This document shows positions 16,230 through 21,542 of a DNA stretch of 24,322 nucleotides, one piece after another. The stretch is from NCBI GenBank assembly GCA_964518225.1, contig CAZFEZ010000001.1:1-24322 (forward strand), given 5' to 3'. The notes under the pieces are model-generated. The model had not been told where the DNA came from, did not search any database, and worked only from the letters and a program-made list of their open reading frames with translations. The translations under genes were made by a program, and so were the position numbers. How positions within the stretch are numbered: the stretch's first letter is position 1; every line of letters starts with the position of its first letter. This DNA is from an uncultured Methanosarcinales archaeon (GTDB lineage: Archaea > Nanobdellota > Nanobdellia > Woesearchaeales > GW2011-AR4).

Positions 16230-16237
16230 TATTTAAA
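16230..16237 (-). promoter_or_regulatory. TATA box (TTTAAATA) of the first PEF-CTERM gene
   Basis: GAAATC-TTTAAATA on the minus strand, about 50 nt upstream of ATG 16180. Confidence 0.4.
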
Positions 16238-16300
16238 GATTTCTGTTGTATAAACTTTATAGTAGTTACAAGATTATTTCAAATTCTAAAATTTAAGTTA

Positions 16301-16341
16301 ATAAAATAAAAATAAGAAATAAGAAATAAAAAAAGAAAAGT
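16301..16341 (-). terminator. Long U-rich archaeal intrinsic terminator after the second PEF-CTERM gene
   Basis: Minus strand ACTTTTCTTTTTTTATTTCTTATTTCTTATTTTTATTTT directly after the stop codon. Confidence 0.6.
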
Positions 16342-16821
16342 TTACTTTCTGCTTCTCTTCCTGTACATGTACAATCCTGCTCCTGCAAGTGCCAATCCTG
16401 CTCCTAGAGTTGTGAACTCTGGGATTAAGACCAATCCACTCTCGCTGGCAACTTCTACATTAGCAACTTCACCATTTACTTTGTAAACATATGTTCCTGG
16501 TGATGCTCCTGCTGTAGTCAATGTTACTTCGCCACATCCTGTTCCGTCTGTTGGTGATGAAGTCACAGTTGGTGTGAATTCTGCTGAAGGACCCTCAGCT
16601 CCATTACAGACTTGGTTGTTATCCAAATCCTGACAGTATGTGTCTATAACCAAATCAACTCCCACAAATGGGTCGTCAAATGCGTCTGTTATACAGGCGT
16701 CAACTGTTCTTACATCAGTTGTATCCATGGTTGTAACCTGCGGATCCAAATCCAAATCTGATGCCAGCACAGAACTAGCCATAAGCACAAAAAGTGCCAA
16801 TATACCAAATAATTTCTTCAT
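16342..16821 (-). CDS. Secreted acidic Thr/Asp-rich protein with PEF-CTERM sorting tail
   Basis: Signal peptide MKKLFGILALFVLMASSVLA; 4 Cys; C-terminal IPEFTTLGAGLALAGAGLYMYRKRSRK; strong SD GGGGGTG at 16829-16835. Confidence 0.9.
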   Translation of the reverse strand: MKKLFGILALFVLMASSVLASDLDLDPQVTTMDTTDVRTVDACITDAFDDPFVGVDLVIDTYCQDLDNNQVCNGAEGPSAEFTPTVTSSPTDGTGCGEVTLTTAGASPGTYVYKVNGEVANVEVASESGLVLIPEFTTLGAGLALAGAGLYMYRKRSRK

Positions 16822-16903
16822 TTTTTTACACCCCCAAGTGTATAAGTTTATTATTATTTATAGTAATGCGTGATTACTATTAAAGCGTGGAAAGCTAATT
16901 GGG

Positions 16904-16919
16904 TATTTAAATGTTTCGG
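16904..16919 (-). promoter_or_regulatory. Consensus archaeal promoter (BRE CCGAAAC + TATA TTTAAATA) of the second PEF-CTERM gene
   Basis: Minus strand CCGAAACATTTAAATACCC. Confidence 0.7.
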
Positions 16920-16975
16920 TTTGCCCAAAAAAATGTTAACTTAGGAGTGGTGGTGTTTTTGTGTGAGTTTAGCGT

Positions 16976-17554
16976 TTACCAGAAAAACCATGATTTTGTG
17001 TATATGATATAGATTGCCAATAATATGTTTGCTGTAAAGTGCGCCATAACAGCAGAGCCCATATCCTTTCTTAGATATATAGTGTAATTAAGAACAATGC
17101 CGGCTATAAGGCCTGGAAGCCACCTGTTGTGGGAAAACCCAAAAAACAAAGCTGTCAGAATAAAAGATGTTGCTGTAAATTTTCCAATTGGAACTTTTTG
17201 CCATTCGTTCTTTATCAAAATCCTCGCCAAGAAATTTCGTGTGAAGAACTCTTCTATAACGGGCGCTATTATTATGAATGAAAAAACCCTGAAGAAAAGT
17301 GAAATATTATTTTCAGGAACGTATGACGTTGCTCCCAGCTGGGGATAGAGCCCTTCCAGCAGAATCCACAGAAGGAAAATTGTTATACCGGCAAGAATTG
17401 AAAGAATATCGAGCTTTAATTTGAATTTGTAGGATTTCCTGAATAAGAGAAGAAAAAGAAATAAAATGGCAACCCTGATTATTGATCCGTGATTATAATT
17501 GATTAGCGGAATTGTAAGAATGTATGCCAAGAATGGTATTATGTAATAGTACAT
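16976..17554 (-). CDS. CPBP-family (CAAX protease-like) glutamic intramembrane protease, resembling PEP-CTERM-associated CAAX-related proteins
   Basis: Multi-TM protein with CPBP motifs EExxxR (IEEFFTR), FxxxH (FFGFSH), HxxxN (AHFTAN); VPIGKF segment and W..W C-terminus. Confidence 0.88.
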   Translation of the reverse strand: MYYYIIPFLAYILTIPLINYNHGSIIRVAILFLFLLLFRKSYKFKLKLDILSILAGITIFLLWILLEGLYPQLGATSYVPENNISLFFRVFSFIIIAPVIEEFFTRNFLARILIKNEWQKVPIGKFTATSFILTALFFGFSHNRWLPGLIAGIVLNYTIYLRKDMGSAVMAHFTANILLAIYIIYTKSWFFW

Positions 17555-17575
17555 ATTACCACTTAAAAACTGCCT

Positions 17576-17606
17576 GTTTATAATTTTTGTTAAAAACCTT
17601 TATAAA
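17576..17606. promoter_or_regulatory. Back-to-back TATA boxes for divergent leaderless transcripts (CPBP protease / ABC ATPase)
   Basis: Minus TTATAAAC at 17576-17583, 21 nt before ATG 17554; plus AAAAACC-TTTATAAA at 17599-17606, 23 nt before ATG 17630. Confidence 0.55.
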
Positions 17607-17629
17607 TTCTCATTTCTAAAACGTATAAA

Positions 17630-18595
17630 ATGAGAAAAGCTGACGATGATTTGCTCAGGATAGGCAATCTGACAATAATTTTAGGCGGCAGGACTATCTT
17701 GGAGGGCATTGATATTAATGTCAGGGAAGGCGAGATGCTCGGCCTTGTAGGCGTTTCCGGAGCCGGAAAAACAACACTGCTTAATTCAATAATTGGCTAT
17801 TATCCTGTTGCCAAGGGGGATATACTTTACAATTCTTCAAGGCAGAGGAGGTTTACCTCAATTCTTGACAAGTTCAGCAATTTCAAGGGTTTGTTCGGGT
17901 TTTCGGCGCAAAACCCCTCGTTTTACCCGGAGCTTTCGGCGATTGAAAACCTTGAGTATTTTGCAAGCCTGTACAACATACCGGATGGCATAAAGGCGCA
18001 GAACATCGAGAGGGCGCTGAAGCTTGTGAAAATGCACGAGCATAAAAATATGATAGCCAAGAATCTGTCAGGGGGAATGAAGAAGCGGCTTGACATAGCA
18101 TGCGCTATTGTGCATTTCCCGAAAGTGCTGCTACTTGACGAGCCCACTTCTGACATGGACCCGTGGCTCAGGATCCAGATTTGGGGGCTGATAGAGGACA
18201 TAAACAAGAACGGCACTACTGTAATTGTGGCTTCCCATTTTCTCTCGGAGATTGAGCACATATGCGACAGGATCGTGTTTATACACAACAAAAGGGTTGA
18301 ATTCGAGGGCTCTCCGCGCCATTTCAGGAATATACATGCAAAAACAAAAGAGATCCACATCATAACCAGGGACGGAAAATACAATATCATACTCAAAAAA
18401 ATTATGGATATGCCTTTCCTGAAGGTAAAGCAGGTGCTGAAAAAGAAGGGCAGGATAATACTTCATTCAAGAGAGAGCGAGAATGCAATAAACAGCGCAA
18501 TATCAAAATTAATGAAGGGGGAGGGCAATATTTCTGATGTTGAAATAACAAACCCGTCTTTGGACATGCTTTTCAAGATATTTGTGGAAAAATGA
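17630..18595 (+). CDS. ABC transporter ATP-binding protein (ABC-2/DrrA-like exporter)
   Basis: Walker A GVSGAGKT, signature LSGGMKKR, Walker B LLLDEP, H-loop SHFLSE, C-terminal PSLDMLF. Confidence 0.96.
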   Translation: MRKADDDLLRIGNLTIILGGRTILEGIDINVREGEMLGLVGVSGAGKTTLLNSIIGYYPVAKGDILYNSSRQRRFTSILDKFSNFKGLFGFSAQNPSFYPELSAIENLEYFASLYNIPDGIKAQNIERALKLVKMHEHKNMIAKNLSGGMKKRLDIACAIVHFPKVLLLDEPTSDMDPWLRIQIWGLIEDINKNGTTVIVASHFLSEIEHICDRIVFIHNKRVEFEGSPRHFRNIHAKTKEIHIITRDGKYNIILKKIMDMPFLKVKQVLKKKGRIILHSRESENAINSAISKLMKGEGNISDVEITNPSLDMLFKIFVEK

Positions 18596-20286
18596 ACAAA
18601 CTTGCGCTCATAATTAAGAAAAATTTCCTGATTTTGGTAAAATCAAGGTGGCTTTCGCTGGTTGTTGTGCTCGGGCCCCTGCTCATAATTTTTCTTACAG
18701 GAATAGCGTTCGACAACCTCAATGAGTACAAGATAAACATAGGAGTTTATTCAGGCATATACACGGAAGTTACAAACTCATTCATATCAAAGCTTAACAC
18801 AGACCAGTTCAGGACCATAAAATCAGGCTCTGAGGCAGGATGCATAGATGACGCAAAAATGGGATTTTCCCACACGTGCGTGATATTCCCTTCAAACCTC
18901 ACTCTTGGAGGCAGGAACAAGGATGTTATGATTTACATAGATTACTCAAAGCTGAATCTTGCGTGGATTGTGAGAGACAGGCTTTTTTCAAGGGTCGAGG
19001 AGCAGTCAGCTGAGATCACAAGGCAGCTGACTGAGAATATACTGTCAAAGCTGATTCTTACAAAGAATGAGATATCGGGCGATATAATCCTTCTTGAGGT
19101 TGCCCGGGACAACGAGCAGGGAATTTCCGACAAGATAAATGAGGCGTTTTTGCTGATTTCAGGCATAAATACAACAGCCGGCCTGAATGAAAGCGATATT
19201 GACAGGCTTGAATCAAAAATAAGCTCCGTGAAATCCGCGTTTGACATAACAATAGACAAGGCCACAGGAAACATAGAGTTCAGCGAAGATATTGTAAATT
19301 CAGGCGAATTTAGCGAGTCCAGCGAGGATGATTACCTTGATGAACTGGATGAGCTAAGAGACGATATAGAAGGCCAGAGGCGGTATGTTGAGGACCTTTT
19401 CAGCCCTTCATTTTCCGGCTCCATAAACAATACGCTCGGAAATATAAGGCTTAGAGTGGTAAAGCTGAACCTGAATGCTGACGCTGCTGATTTGCTGATA
19501 TCCGGCAGCAAAGCCAATCTATACAATGTGAGCCAGCTTCTCTCGCTTAACGGGAAGATAATCAATAAAATGGCTTTTTCAATGGACAATGTGAAAAATA
19601 ATCTTGAGAGCATAGACATGCTCAGCGCAGAGGACATAGCAGCCCCTGTTGTGGCAAACATAAAGCCTTTGACATCCTACAACTCTTACCTGAACTACAT
19701 TTTCCCGACTTTGATGGCCATGGCAATCATGTTTGCCTCGCTTCTTTTGTCGGCAATTGTTGTTGTCATGGAATTCAACACGCCAGCATATTTCAGGAAT
19801 TCCATTTCGCCGACCGGAAAGGTTGTTTTCTTTTTAGCCTCATATTTGACAAATTCATCTTTGGTTGGGGTGCAGATTTTAATAATGCTGCTTATATCGA
19901 TGCTTTTCTTTTTCTCCCAGGTAATGGGAAATATATTCACGACTTTGGCTGTGTGCTTTTTTATAGCGTCTTTTTTCATAGTGCTTGGAATGGGCATTGG
20001 CTACCTGTTCAGGACGGAGCAGATGTCGATCCTGGCAGCGACTTTTGCATCGAGCATTTTTTTGTTCCTTTCAAATGTGCTTACCCCGATAGAGAACATG
20101 CCGGAGTTTTTCATGAGGATAGTGCAGTTCAACCCTTTCATTATATCTGTTTCGCTGCTCAGGAAGTCTTTACTGTTCGGGCAGTCACTCATAGCAATAA
20201 ATGCTGAGATTCTGTATTTGGTAGTGTTCACTCTTTCGCTGCTGGTTGTTTATGCGGCAGTTTACTACAGGAATTTGAGAAAATAG
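18592..20286 (+). CDS. ABC-2 type permease with large extracellular coiled-coil loop (YhgE/Pip-like architecture)
   Basis: One N-terminal TM, about 330-aa helical loop, five C-terminal TM segments, P...MP...I..FNP motif; ATGA overlap with the ATPase. Confidence 0.85.
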   Translation: MNKLALIIKKNFLILVKSRWLSLVVVLGPLLIIFLTGIAFDNLNEYKINIGVYSGIYTEVTNSFISKLNTDQFRTIKSGSEAGCIDDAKMGFSHTCVIFPSNLTLGGRNKDVMIYIDYSKLNLAWIVRDRLFSRVEEQSAEITRQLTENILSKLILTKNEISGDIILLEVARDNEQGISDKINEAFLLISGINTTAGLNESDIDRLESKISSVKSAFDITIDKATGNIEFSEDIVNSGEFSESSEDDYLDELDELRDDIEGQRRYVEDLFSPSFSGSINNTLGNIRLRVVKLNLNADAADLLISGSKANLYNVSQLLSLNGKIINKMAFSMDNVKNNLESIDMLSAEDIAAPVVANIKPLTSYNSYLNYIFPTLMAMAIMFASLLLSAIVVVMEFNTPAYFRNSISPTGKVVFFLASYLTNSSLVGVQILIMLLISMLFFFSQVMGNIFTTLAVCFFIASFFIVLGMGIGYLFRTEQMSILAATFASSIFLFLSNVLTPIENMPEFFMRIVQFNPFIISVSLLRKSLLFGQSLIAINAEILYLVVFTLSLLVVYAAVYYRNLRK

Positions 20287-20305
20287 CATTAATTATATTT
20301 TCCAA

Positions 20306-20800
20306 TCAGAAAAACCTCTTGATGACTATCTCCATGTGATATGCATAGTGTTCCTCTTTGCCGGAATACGACTTTAAAACTTCATTAAACCTTTTTAGCA
20401 GTTCATCCTTATCAGCATACTTGGAAAGCGCTTCAATATCCTCTTCGTCCCTTGCATTGAATCTTGCCGCTTTCGTTATGATAATATCAATTGGGTCAAG
20501 GGCCTTCAAATCAATATTTTTCATCCTGATTATTTCCTTTGACTTTTCAGAATAATCAGCTGGCAGCTGCTCGGAAAAAATGTAGCCATCGGTAAAAATG
20601 TCTACTTTGAATTTCTTATCCGATGCTTTCGCAAAATCCTTCTTTTCCTCAGATTTCAGGCAAAAATCCACATCTCTTGTAGAGGATTTCAGGCCAAGTA
20701 GTGTCATTGCTGTGCCACCTACAGCTATCAAAGTGATCTTCCTGTGAAGCTTTCGGTCTACAGACTTTAGCCATCTGACTAATTTATTTCTGTCAATCAT
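20306..20800 (-). CDS. Nucleotidyltransferase, AbiEii/DUF6036-like (putative toxin)
   Basis: VGGTAMTLLGLKSSTRDVDF (GG...TxDxD) and K..RFNARDEEDI motifs. Confidence 0.8.
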   Translation of the reverse strand: MIDRNKLVRWLKSVDRKLHRKITLIAVGGTAMTLLGLKSSTRDVDFCLKSEEKKDFAKASDKKFKVDIFTDGYIFSEQLPADYSEKSKEIIRMKNIDLKALDPIDIIITKAARFNARDEEDIEALSKYADKDELLKRFNEVLKSYSGKEEHYAYHMEIVIKRFF

Positions 20801-21453
20801 AAGTACACCTTTGCATTATTTGCAAAATCTTCATCAAAAAACCTTCCAAGTAATTTCCATTTTTTGACCCGTGCCGGGGATTCTCTCGACAGAAATTCAT
20901 AATCCCCTTCAACTAGAAATGACACTTCCCTATTTTTGTTTGAGTCAAGGTATGAAAGCAGTTCTTTGAGATAGTCCACAGGTTTTATCATCATCGCCGT
21001 TTCCAAAAGATACCCTATTTTGTTGCTTATTCCGTAATTTGACGCAAGCTCAAGCAGCCTGAATTTGTCTATGCGGTTTTTTATAATTATAATTGGAATT
21101 GCCTCTATAAACCTTGCTTTCGGGAGCTTGAAAAGTATTGTTGCTATCAATTCTTCCACAGGGATTATCTTTCCTTTTTTCTTCTTGAGAGAAATCATCT
21201 CATAGCCATAATGGGAAAGATTGTATTCTATTGCGGGAGCGTCTTCCCTGTTGTCTTTGTTTACCTCATTTAATATATTTTCATGCGCCAGTATGTTTGC
21301 AGCTACCAGCTTTGGCCTGATTGACCTGTATAGATAATTCCTTTCTGTCTGCTTCAGCTTTCTGCCTTCCATTTTCTTAGCTATGGTTTCTATCTCGACT
21401 TTGCCGAATATCTTTCTTACAGCTTCGTGCCTCAGTGCCTGCAATTTAGTCAT
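20797..21453 (-). CDS. Hypothetical protein, possible AbiEi-like antitoxin/regulator
   Basis: ATGA-coupled upstream of the nucleotidyltransferase; basic helical N-terminus; C-terminal NKIGYLLE and W.L segments reminiscent of AbiEi C-domains (weak, by eye). Confidence 0.55.
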   Translation of the reverse strand: MTKLQALRHEAVRKIFGKVEIETIAKKMEGRKLKQTERNYLYRSIRPKLVAANILAHENILNEVNKDNREDAPAIEYNLSHYGYEMISLKKKKGKIIPVEELIATILFKLPKARFIEAIPIIIIKNRIDKFRLLELASNYGISNKIGYLLETAMMIKPVDYLKELLSYLDSNKNREVSFLVEGDYEFLSRESPARVKKWKLLGRFFDEDFANNAKVYL

Positions 21454-21455
21454 TG

Positions 21456-21486
21456 TAATCTTGATTAGGATTATGTTATATTTAAA
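21456..21486 (-). promoter_or_regulatory. Leaderless promoter (TTTAAATA at 21479-21486) with TAATC-N2-GATTA palindrome over the start site
   Basis: TATA 25 nt upstream of ATG 21453; inverted repeat 21456-21460/21463-21467 plus a third GATTA at 21469-21473. Confidence 0.5.
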
Positions 21487-21542
21487 GCTTTCTATTTTTA
21501 AGAAATTTGTATATAGCGGCTGCCCGAAACACTAAAGAACAC

